Numbered from the stretch's first letter, positions 9,167-18,445 are shown. The stretch is DNA of 32,000 bases from an uncultured Gammaproteobacteria bacterium (GCA_964507075.1 CAZDOL010000001.1:43040-75039); one strand, 5' to 3'. Notes: generated from the letters alone by a model not told the origin. Translations and numbers: made by a program.

Positions 9167-9191
9167 TTGGTGGCCGAGCCACCAAACTTTT
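9167..9191. repeat. REP-like palindrome, variant TGGTGGC with a degenerate left arm, after the alr stop codon
   Basis: TTGGTGGC-CGA-GCCACCAAACTTTT. 8-bp perfect stem with the same loop and right flank as the other family members. Lies between alr and recJ. Confidence 0.75.
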
Positions 9192-9202
9192 ACTTAAGTT
9201 TA

Positions 9203-10318
9203 TTATTTATAAATTCTTGGTATGTCTGAGTTAATCTTAGTAACTACCTCATAATTAATAGTTCCTATTTTTTTTGCTATATCATCTGCGCTAATAATGC
9301 GATTATTTTGCTTACCAATTAAAACTGCTTCATCCCCTGCTTTAACTTTAGCCACACGAGAAACATCAACCATAATTAAATTCATACAGACACGCCCCCT
9401 AATTGGACAAGAAATTCCGCGGATTAATACTGAACCACAATTAGAAAGACGACGATCATAACCATCAGCATAGCCAACGGGCAAAACAGCCAACTTGGTT
9501 TTAGAACGAGTTATAAAAGTGCAATCATAACCTATGGAAACTCCTGCTGGTAAAGATTTAACCTGAATTATTCTTGTTTTCCAAGATAAAACTGGTTGCA
9601 AATTAATTGAAAAAGATTTTTTATTGGCCATTCTTTGAGTGTCTTTTGATGGCCATAAGCCATAAAGACCAATCCCTACTCTAACCATATTAAAAAAGGT
9701 GTGAGGATTGTTAATAATTGTCGCTGAACAAGCAGCATGAGCTAATGGTATTTGCCTTTGGTCAATAATTTTTAGAAATTTTTGAGTTTGTTGATTGGTA
9801 TAGGATTGATTTTTAGATTCTGAATCAGCATAATGCGTAAAAATCCCTTGTAAATTTAAATGCTTAAATTTTTTAATTTTTTTTATAAAATCATCGGCTT
9901 GTTCTGGCAAAACTCCAATCCTGCTAGCGCCAGTATCAATCTTGACATGAATATTAACAATTTTATTTACTTTTTGTCCTTCTTGGGCCAGAAAACTGGC
10001 TTGAGACAAAGTATAAACTGGAAAATCAATATTTTGACGAATTGCCTCTTTCACATCAGAAGAAAGAGGATAATAACTCAAAATAAAAATAGGGGCCCTA
10101 ATCTTGGCTTGACGCAATAGTAACGCTTCTTTTAGGTTAACTACCCCCAACCAATCAGCCCCTGCCGATAAGCAAAATTTTGCCACCGCTAACATACCAT
10201 GACCATAAGCATTTGATTTTACTATGGCCATAATTTGTCTTTGCGACCCAACTATTTTCCGAAATTGTTTTAAATTATTTTGAAGACACGATTTTCTAAC
10301 TTCAATCCAAGTTAACAT
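9203..10318 (-). CDS. alr: Alanine racemase
   Basis: 371 aa. PLP-lysine motif VKSNAYGHG, with C-terminal VGYADGY and R.CM motifs. Confidence 0.9.
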   Translation of the reverse strand: MLTWIEVRKSCLQNNLKQFRKIVGSQRQIMAIVKSNAYGHGMLAVAKFCLSAGADWLGVVNLKEALLLRQAKIRAPIFILSYYPLSSDVKEAIRQNIDFPVYTLSQASFLAQEGQKVNKIVNIHVKIDTGASRIGVLPEQADDFIKKIKKFKHLNLQGIFTHYADSESKNQSYTNQQTQKFLKIIDQRQIPLAHAACSATIINNPHTFFNMVRVGIGLYGLWPSKDTQRMANKKSFSINLQPVLSWKTRIIQVKSLPAGVSIGYDCTFITRSKTKLAVLPVGYADGYDRRLSNCGSVLIRGISCPIRGRVCMNLIMVDVSRVAKVKAGDEAVLIGKQNNRIISADDIAKKIGTINYEVVTKINSDIPRIYK

Positions 10319-10335
10319 AGGAATATCAAATTGAC

Positions 10336-11796
10336 TTATTTCTTTGGTTTTAAAATTGGAAACAAAATAACCTCTCTAATGTTCTGAGTATTGGTCAGAA
10401 TATTGACCAATCTATCAATCCCTATTCCTTCTCCAGCTGTTGGGGGCATACCATATTTTAAGGCAGTTATAAAATCTTGATCAGAGCTCTGCGCTTCTTC
10501 GTCTCCCTGTTCTCGTAACCGACTTTGGTCTTGAAACCTTGTTTGCTGATCTAAAGGATCGTTTAATTCAGAAAAGGCATTACATATCTCCATCCCTTTA
10601 ACCAACAATTGAAATCTCTCCACATAGTTAGGACGATCTGGAATTTTCTTGGCTAAAGGAGATAATTCCAATGGATGATTGATTATAAAAGTGGGCTGAA
10701 CAATTTTAGACAAAACAAATTCTTTATATAATTCATCTAATATTTTGCCCCTACCCCAAGTTTTATCTATTTTTATGCCTAAAGATTTTACTTGAAATGT
10801 TAAATCTTTAATTTCCTTATACTCATCAATGTCAATCTTTGTTTCTTTAATTATGGCTTGTCGAAAATCTAAACAAGGATAAGGTGGCTTAAAATTAATA
10901 ACTTGCCCTTGACATTCTATCTTTAAATCAGAAAAACCTAAATTTTTCAACAAAAAAACCATTAATTCTTCGGTCAAAAGCATTAAATCATTGTAATCGG
11001 CATAAGATTGATAAAATTCTATTTGAGTAAATTCAGGGTTATGGGTCCTATCTAATCCTTCATTACGAAAACAGCGAGCAATTTCATATACTCTTTCTAT
11101 GCCACCAATAATCAACCTTTTTAAATAAAGCTCGGGAGCAATTCTTAAATAAAGCTCAGTATTTAGGGCTTGATGATGAGTTATAAAAGGTTTAGCTGTA
11201 GCTCCTCCAGCTAAGGTTTGTAAAATGGGTGTTTCTACTTCCAAAAAATGCCTATGATCAAAAAATTCTCTAATTAGTTTAATTATTTTACTGCGAACAG
11301 CAAAAATTTTGCGCACTTCAGGATTAGAAATTAAATCTAAATAACGTTTCCTGAATCTAGTTTCAATATTTGATAAGCCATGCCATTTTTCAGGCAAGGG
11401 CAAAAGTGATTTACATAAAAGCAAATAAGCTTCCGTCCTAAGAGTGTTCTCTCCCTTTTTGGTTTGAAAAAGTTTCCCTTTAATTTGCAAAAAATCACCA
11501 ATATCAATATTCTCTACAAAAAAATTATAATCCTTTTGCCCTAATTCATCTTGATTTAAAAAAAATTGAAATCGACCCGAAGAATCTTCTAAATTAGCAA
11601 AACAAGCCTTACCGTGCAATCTTAAAAGAACTAAACGGCCCGTCAAAATTACCCTTTTGCCAGCTTTTTCTATTTGATTAAAATTAGAATCTGCTTCTTG
11701 ACAAGTATGAGTACGCTTTCCCTTAGAAGGATAAGGATTGACACCTTGCTGAATAATATTTTTTATTTTCTTTATCCTGTCGGATTCAATGCTCAT
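10336..11796 (-). CDS. lysS: Lysyl-tRNA synthetase, class II
   Basis: 486 aa. N-terminal OB anticodon-binding region and class II motifs (FLEVETPILQ, RCFRNEG, GEGIGIDRL). Confidence 0.9.
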   Translation of the reverse strand: MSIESDRIKKIKNIIQQGVNPYPSKGKRTHTCQEADSNFNQIEKAGKRVILTGRLVLLRLHGKACFANLEDSSGRFQFFLNQDELGQKDYNFFVENIDIGDFLQIKGKLFQTKKGENTLRTEAYLLLCKSLLPLPEKWHGLSNIETRFRKRYLDLISNPEVRKIFAVRSKIIKLIREFFDHRHFLEVETPILQTLAGGATAKPFITHHQALNTELYLRIAPELYLKRLIIGGIERVYEIARCFRNEGLDRTHNPEFTQIEFYQSYADYNDLMLLTEELMVFLLKNLGFSDLKIECQGQVINFKPPYPCLDFRQAIIKETKIDIDEYKEIKDLTFQVKSLGIKIDKTWGRGKILDELYKEFVLSKIVQPTFIINHPLELSPLAKKIPDRPNYVERFQLLVKGMEICNAFSELNDPLDQQTRFQDQSRLREQGDEEAQSSDQDFITALKYGMPPTAGEGIGIDRLVNILTNTQNIREVILFPILKPKK

Positions 11797-11867
11797 AAAA
11801 TTAATATTCTTAAAAAATGTCCTAAATTAAGTTTAACATTTATAAAAAAAGAAACAAGAAATTAAAT

Positions 11868-12028
11868 TAGACCTATTGTATAATAAATTACGTAACGAAA
11901 TTTTCAGATTTTGAGGCAAATTTTCAAAACAATTTTTGAGGTTTAGCCTAGCTAAGCTAAAAAAAATTTTGGGGAATTTGGCCAAAATATGTAAATTGCA
12001 GTAGTAAAATTATTATGCAATAGGTCTA
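11868..12028. repeat. 161-nt foldback element bounded by 19-nt inverted repeats (MITE-like or structured RNA)
   Basis: TAGACCTATTGTATAATAA (11868..11886) versus the reverse complement of 12010..12028, TAGACCTATTGCATAATAA (18/19). The interior halves are also loosely complementary. The right end abuts the greA stop codon. Confidence 0.7.
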
Positions 12029-12487
12029 TTATACAATCTGGACAATTTTAATATCTATAATTCCCGCAGGGGCTTGTAATTTAACCTGTTTATTTTTTTT
12101 CTGACCAATTAATGCCTTGCCTAATGGAGACTCGCAAGAAATACAGCCCTGGCTTGGGTCTGCTTCGTTACTCCCTACAATCAAATATTCTTTAACCTGC
12201 AAATTAATTTCCAAAACTACTTTAGAGCCCACTGAAACCACTTCTCTGCTTATTTTATCTTGATCAATAATTTTAGCCTCTTTTAATAATTTTTCTAAAC
12301 TTTTTACTTTCATCTCAGCAAGCGCTTGCTCTTCTTTGGCAATTTCAAATTCAGCGTTTTCAGACAAATCACCCATTTCAATAGCTAAACTAATCCTCTT
12401 AATAATTTGAGGAATTTTAACTATTTTCAAAAATTCTAATTTTTCTAAAATTTTTTCTTTTCCTTTGGGTGTTAAAAATTCAGTCAT
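12029..12487 (-). CDS. greA: Transcription elongation factor GreA
   Basis: LTPKGKEKILEKLEFLK..., coiled-coil N-terminal domain and a C-terminal FKBP-like region (VSVGSKV...SPLGKALIG). Start placed at the ATG at 12487 (MTEFLTP); the ORF extends to 12526. Confidence 0.85.
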   Translation of the reverse strand: MTEFLTPKGKEKILEKLEFLKIVKIPQIIKRISLAIEMGDLSENAEFEIAKEEQALAEMKVKSLEKLLKEAKIIDQDKISREVVSVGSKVVLEINLQVKEYLIVGSNEADPSQGCISCESPLGKALIGQKKNKQVKLQAPAGIIDIKIVQIV

Positions 12488-12622
12488 AAATAAATAATTA
12501 AAGAGAAACAAAAAAACGACTCCCAATGAAAGGTGTTAATTGGGTTATATGAAAATAACTAATTGTGAGCAAAGCGAATAACAAGGTTCTGACGAGCGAA
12601 GCGAGGAATGGTTCTTATAAAT

Positions 12623-12946
12623 TTACTTCTGAAGTGAGAATTTTATATCATCTGGAATAGGTATTTCTTGCTTTTTGCTCACCCCTGGATAACGCCAGGC
12701 CGTAATAATCTTTACTTTCTTACCTTCTATTAATTGATACATTAGCCATATCTCCGTTGGGCGCTTACAAGAACCAACAGTATTCATAATGGCTATAGTG
12801 GTTGGAGCAATGCCTTCTTCGCGCCGTTCATGCTTATAAAATAACTTTCTTAATTTTTGTTCTGAAAGGCCATAATGTTTCATTTTTTCTATAGCATGTT
12901 TGGTCCAAACAAAATGTTGATCATTCTGTGGATATTTAAAAAACAT
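12623..12946 (-). CDS. Small DUF4258-like (toxin-like) protein
   Basis: 107 aa from the ATG at 12946, 9 nt after the ftsA stop. TKHAIEKMKHYGLSEQKL and the C-terminal IITAWRY resemble the DUF4258 pattern (HAxxRMxxRGIS ... ITVY). Motif memory only. Confidence 0.4.
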   Translation of the reverse strand: MFFKYPQNDQHFVWTKHAIEKMKHYGLSEQKLRKLFYKHERREEGIAPTTIAIMNTVGSCKRPTEIWLMYQLIEGKKVKIITAWRYPGVSKKQEIPIPDDIKFSLQK

Positions 12947-12954
12947 AAACGATC

Positions 12955-14196
12955 TTAATATGAAAATAGATTCTTGAACAAACTCTTTAATCCTTTGCCC
13001 TGAGAAGAAAAAACACTTCCTCTTGTTTCTTTTTGACTTGGGCGCTTCATGCCCCAAATAACCAAGCCCACAGCTGTAGCAAAACTAATATCTAATGCCT
13101 TATTATTGCCGCTAACAAAACCGCGAGAAGAACCCAAGGAAGAAGGAACTTTAAAAATACTTTTAGCTACATCGGTCAAACCTTCCAGTTTAGATCCAGC
13201 ACCAGTTAAAACAATCCCTGCTGGCAATTTTCCCCTGCGTCCTATACTAACTAATTCTTCGTCAATAAGTTTAAACATTTTTTCGCACCGTCCCCTAATA
13301 ATTTTGGAAACTTCTTTTTTGGAGGCCGACCCTCTCTCTCTTTGGTCTAAACTTGCAAAATCGATTTTTTCGGTTTTAATCATACTAAGTGGCAAAGCTG
13401 TTCCATAATTAACCTTAATCATCTCTGCCAAATCTATTGGCACCCTTAATCCAATTGCCACGTCAGTGGTAATATAACGGGAACCAAGTGGAATAATTTT
13501 AACGCTTAAAATGTTCCCTTCTTCAAATACAGCAATATTAGTAGTAGTATTACCGATATTCACTAATAAAACTCCTAATTCTTTCTGCCTTTTGTCCAAC
13601 ACTGCTTCGGCCGTAGCTAAAGGATTAACAACCAACTCATTAATTTTAACGCCAGTCCGAGCAAAACATTTAGTTAAATTTTTAATTTGATTGGTTAAAC
13701 CCAAAATAACTTGCGCGTCTACTTCCAAACGAGTTCCAGTCATGCCAACTGGATCAATAATGCCTGGTTGATTGTCAATGGAAAAACTGCGTGGCAAAAT
13801 ATGCAAAATTTCATAATTAGCAGGAGTGGCTACTGTCTGTGCAGCTTCTAAAACCCTACCCACGTCATCATCTTTGACTGCTCCGTCCGCCCTAGCAACT
13901 GATATTACTCCTCTGCTCTCCTGAGAAACTATATGAGTTCCAGAAACTCCTACAAAAATATCCTGAACTGGCAAACCAATAACTTTTTCAATCTGTTCTA
14001 AACAAGCAGAAATACTGGAAACAGCATCTTCAATGTTGGTAATTTCCCCTTTGCTAATTCCTTCAGAGTGAGTTTCAGCTACTCCAATTATATCTAAAAT
14101 TCCTTCTGAGCGAACTTGACCTACGGCTATTCTAATATAATTTGATCCTAAGTCTATTCCACTAATAATTTTTTGCCTGTTACGTACCATAAACAA
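12955..14196 (-). CDS. ftsA: Cell division protein FtsA
   Basis: 413 aa. Actin-fold phosphate motifs IDLGSNYIRIAVG, VNIGNTTTNIAVF and LTGAGSKLEG. Confidence 0.9.
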   Translation of the reverse strand: MFMVRNRQKIISGIDLGSNYIRIAVGQVRSEGILDIIGVAETHSEGISKGEITNIEDAVSSISACLEQIEKVIGLPVQDIFVGVSGTHIVSQESRGVISVARADGAVKDDDVGRVLEAAQTVATPANYEILHILPRSFSIDNQPGIIDPVGMTGTRLEVDAQVILGLTNQIKNLTKCFARTGVKINELVVNPLATAEAVLDKRQKELGVLLVNIGNTTTNIAVFEEGNILSVKIIPLGSRYITTDVAIGLRVPIDLAEMIKVNYGTALPLSMIKTEKIDFASLDQRERGSASKKEVSKIIRGRCEKMFKLIDEELVSIGRRGKLPAGIVLTGAGSKLEGLTDVAKSIFKVPSSLGSSRGFVSGNNKALDISFATAVGLVIWGMKRPSQKETRGSVFSSQGKGLKSLFKNLFSY

Positions 14197-14581
14197 AATT
14201 TAAAATTTTTTCTGCATTCTGTTGCATCAATAATGCCTGTTTCTTTATTTTATGACTGTATCCCAAAATATGAAGAAAACCATGCACTAATAAAATGGAT
14301 AATTCCTTTTTTCTGCTGTGCCCCTGGGTTTTAGCTTGATTTATTAACCGAGGCCAACAAATAATAATTTCAGCCGGATCTTCAAAAGACAAAACATCTG
14401 TTATTTTGTTTTCTTTCCGATATTTCCTGTTCCATTTTTTTATTTCTGAATTACCAACCAAGGCTACAGACAAAACATCTATATTCTTGCTTTTAATTAT
14501 ATCAGCCGATTCTAACAGGATATCTTTAATCCATTTCTTATTAATAGGAGCAGAAACAACATTATTGACTTCAATTAGCAT
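14180..14581 (-). CDS. ybeY: rRNA maturation endoribonuclease YbeY
   Basis: 133 aa. Zinc motif HGFLHILGYSH (HxxxHxxGxxH). Overlaps the ftsA start by 17 nt. Confidence 0.85.
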   Translation of the reverse strand: MLIEVNNVVSAPINKKWIKDILLESADIIKSKNIDVLSVALVGNSEIKKWNRKYRKENKITDVLSFEDPAEIIICWPRLINQAKTQGHSRKKELSILLVHGFLHILGYSHKIKKQALLMQQNAEKILNFVYGT

Positions 14582-14587
14582 AAACGA

Positions 14588-14794
14588 TTACTCTCCTAAA
14601 GAGGTTAAGGGCTCTACAATTATGGCTTGATTGGGACAATTCTCTTCTGCTAATTTATTGCAACCCAAAATTTCAACCGAAGATTTCAAAACTATTGCTT
14701 TTCCATCCTCGCCCATTTCATAATTGGCAGGGCAAACAGCGCTACAGGCGCCACACCCAATGCATTTGTCCTTGGTTAAAAGAATCTTGAACAT
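14588..14794 (-). CDS. Small 4Fe-4S ferredoxin
   Basis: 68 aa. CIGCGACSAVCP plus a distal CP. Confidence 0.75.
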   Translation of the reverse strand: MFKILLTKDKCIGCGACSAVCPANYEMGEDGKAIVLKSSVEILGCNKLAEENCPNQAIIVEPLTSLGE

Positions 14795-14806
14795 ATTTTT
14801 TCTGAA

Positions 14807-15076
14807 TTATTTCTTGCCTTTTCCCCCTTTTTCCTCTTTTGTGTCCTTAAAGACCTTTTTTATATCTTGAGCGCCATCCCGAACTTCATCTTTCATCTCT
14901 TTAATCTCATGAGCTGCTTTTTTGGCAATATCTAAAAATTTATCTTTAGCTTTTCCTATCTTTTCTTTTAATTCGCCCCTAGTTTTTGTTCCAGATTCTT
15001 TAGCGAAAAGCAATCCTAAAATAGCGCCAAAAATACTGCCCAAAAAGCCGGCTTTAAAAATTTTTTTAATAGACAT
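14807..15076 (-). CDS. YtxH-like small membrane-anchored protein
   Basis: 89 aa. N-terminal glycine-rich TM helix (GFLGSIFGAILGLLFA) followed by a charged helical tail. Confidence 0.55.
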   Translation of the reverse strand: MSIKKIFKAGFLGSIFGAILGLLFAKESGTKTRGELKEKIGKAKDKFLDIAKKAAHEIKEMKDEVRDGAQDIKKVFKDTKEEKGGKGKK

Positions 15077-15087
15077 AAAATTTAAAA

Positions 15088-15957
15088 TTAATTTAATTTA
15101 TTATCCTTTAATTTTAACACTTTTGGATTATTTAATAAAGAAGGATACAAATATTTTTTCTTTTTATTCTTTTTTATTTTATCCCAACCAGAAAGAATAA
15201 CAACTGCTTCCGAAGCCACTAAACCTAATTTCTTTTCATCCTCCTCTTTTACGACAAATTTATCTTTATCTTCTGAAAAACTATCTACTATTAAACAAAT
15301 AGCTCCAGCTCGCAAATTATAAAGACTGGCCAATGTTAAGATTGGGGCAACTTCCATTTCAATATTGCTAACTTTTGCCATTTGTAGCTTAGAAATAAGT
15401 TCCTTGCTTTCTGGGTTAGAATAACCTCCGAATCCTTCACGTCCTTCTCCTACATAAAAAGAATCTTGACTAGCAGTTAATCCTAAATGATATTTAATAT
15501 CTAACTTCTCGCAGGCCTCAATTAAGGCCAACACTACTTCATAATTAGCCAAAGCAGGATATTCTAAAAAAATATAATCTTGGCTAACACCTTCTAATCT
15601 AACTGCGCCCGTAGAAATTACAAAATCTCCTAATTGAATCTCTGGCTGCAAAGCACCAGCTGTTCCCACGCGAATAAATGTATCTGCCCCCAAACGAGCA
15701 GCTTCTTCTATGGCAATTGTGGCTGAAGAGCCTCCAATCCCAGTTGAAAGACAAGAAATATCCACTCCCTTAAATTTGCCTCTCATAGAAAAAAATTCCC
15801 TATTTTCTGCTACTTTTTTCTTTCTATCCCAAACTTGGGCAATTTTATTAACCCTTTGGGGGTCGCCTGGTAAGAGAAGATAATTAGCTAAATCACCAGC
15901 TCCACAACCAATATGATATTGTTTTTTTTTCTTGGAACTTATTTTTTTTAATGGCAT
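15088..15957 (-). CDS. Nucleoside phosphorylase (PNP/UDP family, uridine phosphorylase-like)
   Basis: 289 aa. LLPGDPQRV, STGIGGSSATIAIEE, RVGTAGA and NIEMEVA motifs, with Lys-rich termini. Confidence 0.75.
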   Translation of the reverse strand: MPLKKISSKKKKQYHIGCGAGDLANYLLLPGDPQRVNKIAQVWDRKKKVAENREFFSMRGKFKGVDISCLSTGIGGSSATIAIEEAARLGADTFIRVGTAGALQPEIQLGDFVISTGAVRLEGVSQDYIFLEYPALANYEVVLALIEACEKLDIKYHLGLTASQDSFYVGEGREGFGGYSNPESKELISKLQMAKVSNIEMEVAPILTLASLYNLRAGAICLIVDSFSEDKDKFVVKEEDEKKLGLVASEAVVILSGWDKIKKNKKKKYLYPSLLNNPKVLKLKDNKLN

Positions 15958-16006
15958 ATATAATATTTTACTATTATTCTTTTAATTTGTTAAGAGCTTA
16001 TTAATT

Positions 16007-17500
16007 CTATTTCAATCTCTTTTTAAGCTCTTTAACTAACTTAGTAACATCAACTTTTTCCTGGTTGCCTGTTTTCATGTCGCGAATAATAATAGTTTTG
16101 TCTTTGGTTTCTTGCTGGCCCAAAATTAAAGTCAATTTAACGCCCATTTCATCTGCTATTTTCATTTGTGATTTTAGGCTAGTTTTAGCCAAATTCTCAG
16201 CTATTTTAATTCCCTGTTTCTGTAAATCATTAAAAATCCTTAAGGCCTGACGCGCAGCTGATTCTCCAATTTGAGCAAAGAAAACCTGCGGGCCTTGGCT
16301 CAGAGATACTCTCACTCTCTGAATTTTAATTTCATTAATAATTCTCTCCAAGCCGTAAGATACTCCGGTCCCCGGAGTTTCACGCCCACCTAAACTTTCT
16401 ATCAAAGGATCATATCTCCCTCCCCCGCCTAAAGCTGTTTGGCTTGAATTTGAATCTTCTTCGCCCTCAGAAACAGCTGGCCATAATTCAAAAACTGTTC
16501 TGGTGTAATAATCTAAACCTCTAACTAAATAAGGATTTAAAGTATAAACCACATTTGCTTCGTCTAAACATTCTAAAACTTTAGTAAAATGATTTTTGCA
16601 ATTTGGGCATAAAAAATTAATTAATTGCGGAGCTTGACGCGTGATTTCTTGACATTGAGGCACCTTACAATCTAAAACCCTTAATGGATTTTTGCTTAAA
16701 CGCTTTTGGCAATCTGGACAAAGCGTTCTGCTCCTAGAGCGTAAATACTTTTTTAATTCCTCTCGATATGTAGTTCTACAATTCAGACAACCCAAACTAT
16801 TAATTTGAATATTAATTTGAAGTCCTAAATCCTGAAAAAGTGTTTGAGAAAATAGAATAATTTCCGCATCAATTAAAGGACTTTCTGATCCTAAAACCTC
16901 AAGCCCAAATTGATAAAATTGACGAAAACGGCCAGCCTGCGGGCGTTCATAACGGAATACCGGTCCATAGTAAAAAAATTTCAAGGGCTGGGGAAGATTA
17001 AACATCCCATGTTCAATATATGCTCGCGCGACAGAAGGGGTAAATTCTGGTCGTAAAACCACTTTTTTTCCGCTGCGATCTGTAAATTGATACATCTGTT
17101 TCTCTACTATATCTGTAGCTATTCCTGTTGATTTCTCAAATAAAGCCCTTTCTTCTAGAATAGGAGTAATTATCTCTTGAAAGCCATAAGCTTTGGATAA
17201 TTTGACTAATTTTTTTATCAAATATTCCCTAACTATTTGGTCTTCAGGCAAAATGTCTTTCATGCCACGCAAAAGCTTGGGAGTATATCTAGACCTACTA
17301 ACTTCAATCGCTTCTGTTTTCTTGTTTATAACTTTTAGTTTTGAAATTTTCTTCTTGCTGATTTTTGCTTTAATAACTTTTGCCAACTTAATCTTCTTGG
17401 CCCCAACAATAACTCGTTTCTTTTTAGGCTTTACTTTACGCTTTATTAAAGCCTTTTTAGAACTCTTTGGCTTCTTTTTGGGATTTTTTAATTTTGCCAT
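16007..17500 (-). CDS. hisS: Histidyl-tRNA synthetase with an about 70-aa Lys-rich N-terminal extension
   Basis: 497 aa. Core starts at LLRGMKDILP. Class II motifs FRYERPQAGRFRQFYQ and GGGRYD, Cys-rich insertion (LCPDC...NPLRVLDCK) and a C-terminal anticodon-binding domain. Confidence 0.9.
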   Translation of the reverse strand: MAKLKNPKKKPKSSKKALIKRKVKPKKKRVIVGAKKIKLAKVIKAKISKKKISKLKVINKKTEAIEVSRSRYTPKLLRGMKDILPEDQIVREYLIKKLVKLSKAYGFQEIITPILEERALFEKSTGIATDIVEKQMYQFTDRSGKKVVLRPEFTPSVARAYIEHGMFNLPQPLKFFYYGPVFRYERPQAGRFRQFYQFGLEVLGSESPLIDAEIILFSQTLFQDLGLQINIQINSLGCLNCRTTYREELKKYLRSRSRTLCPDCQKRLSKNPLRVLDCKVPQCQEITRQAPQLINFLCPNCKNHFTKVLECLDEANVVYTLNPYLVRGLDYYTRTVFELWPAVSEGEEDSNSSQTALGGGGRYDPLIESLGGRETPGTGVSYGLERIINEIKIQRVRVSLSQGPQVFFAQIGESAARQALRIFNDLQKQGIKIAENLAKTSLKSQMKIADEMGVKLTLILGQQETKDKTIIIRDMKTGNQEKVDVTKLVKELKKRLK

Positions 17501-17538
17501 ATATTATACATTAAATTTATATTCTAATGTTCTAATGA

Positions 17539-18108
17539 TTAAAATACTGGAGTTTCAATTAATCCGAATCTATCAAAAGGCCAACCCCTTAAACTGGCTC
17601 GACCAACTATTCTATTTTCTTTAACTGCTCCAAAAGATCTTGAATCCAAACTCATGCTCCTGTTATCTCCCAAAACATAGTATTCGTCGTTTTCTAATTG
17701 AATTTCTATTTTGCCTGGAGTGGCTAATCCTGGAGCTAAATAATCCCCTTCGTTCAATTTTTCTCCTTTAAGAAATTCTGAATTAGTAATATAAATCTCG
17801 CCTTTTTCTATAGAAATTTTTTCACCTGGCAAACCAATAATTCTTTTAATTAGGTAATCCTTGTCATTTGCCGGTGGATGGAAAATAATCACATGTCCTC
17901 TTTCTGGCGCATTCAAACGATAATTAATCTTTCCAACTATTAAATAATCTTTATCATAAAAATTCGGCTCCATAGAAGGCCCAATAACATAAAAGGGCTG
18001 AAAAATAAAATAATGAATGGGCCAAACTATCACAAAAGCAATAATTGCTAATTTAATTATATCAAAAACAAATAACAGGAAAAATGGAACTTTTCTTTTA
18101 ATTTTCAT
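17539..18108 (-). CDS. lepB: Signal peptidase I
   Basis: 189 aa. N-terminal TM helix, catalytic GPSMEPNF, RIIGLPGE and GDNRSMSLDSR. Confidence 0.9.
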   Translation of the reverse strand: MKIKRKVPFFLLFVFDIIKLAIIAFVIVWPIHYFIFQPFYVIGPSMEPNFYDKDYLIVGKINYRLNAPERGHVIIFHPPANDKDYLIKRIIGLPGEKISIEKGEIYITNSEFLKGEKLNEGDYLAPGLATPGKIEIQLENDEYYVLGDNRSMSLDSRSFGAVKENRIVGRASLRGWPFDRFGLIETPVF

Positions 18109-18439
18109 CTTTTTTTTCTTTTAGACTTATGCTCCTAACTATTTTAGCAATTCGGGTATCCATAATATGTAAACGAACAGTAAAATAAAAAATAAAATAA
18201 AAAATAGCCGCCAAAGAAAAATAAACCACTACATCTGCGCCTCTGCCGACCCCCAGAAAACGAGCTAGATAATCAGTAGCTTCGGGATAAATTACTATTG
18301 TGCTAGCTATTAACCAAAAAAAGAGCCAAATTAAAAAATTAGTAACTCTAATCTGTTGATTCTTTAATCTCCTCCCTAAACGAATAAAAATTATTAAAAC
18401 AAAAAGTAAAAATAATATTTTAAATAAAATCATAGTCAA
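18098..18439 (-). CDS. DUF2304-like small membrane protein
   Basis: 113 aa, 3-4 TM helices, GVGRGADVVVYFS motif. Typical partner of a GT2 glycosyltransferase. Confidence 0.6.
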   Translation of the reverse strand: MTMILFKILFLLFVLIIFIRLGRRLKNQQIRVTNFLIWLFFWLIASTIVIYPEATDYLARFLGVGRGADVVVYFSLAAIFYFIFYFTVRLHIMDTRIAKIVRSISLKEKKDEN

Positions 18440-18445
18440 AAAAAA

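Noticed and set aside
12488-12526. 13-codon N-terminal extension of GreA (MGVVFLFLFNYLF)
   Set aside because: The hydrophobic extension is not part of GreA. MTEFLTPKG at 12487 matches the usual GreA N-terminus.
12947-13057. N-terminal 37 codons of the 12623..13057 ORF overlapping ftsA
   Set aside because: They overlap the conserved ftsA C-terminus in another frame. The internal ATG at 12946 lies 9 nt after the ftsA stop and precedes the conserved part of the small protein.
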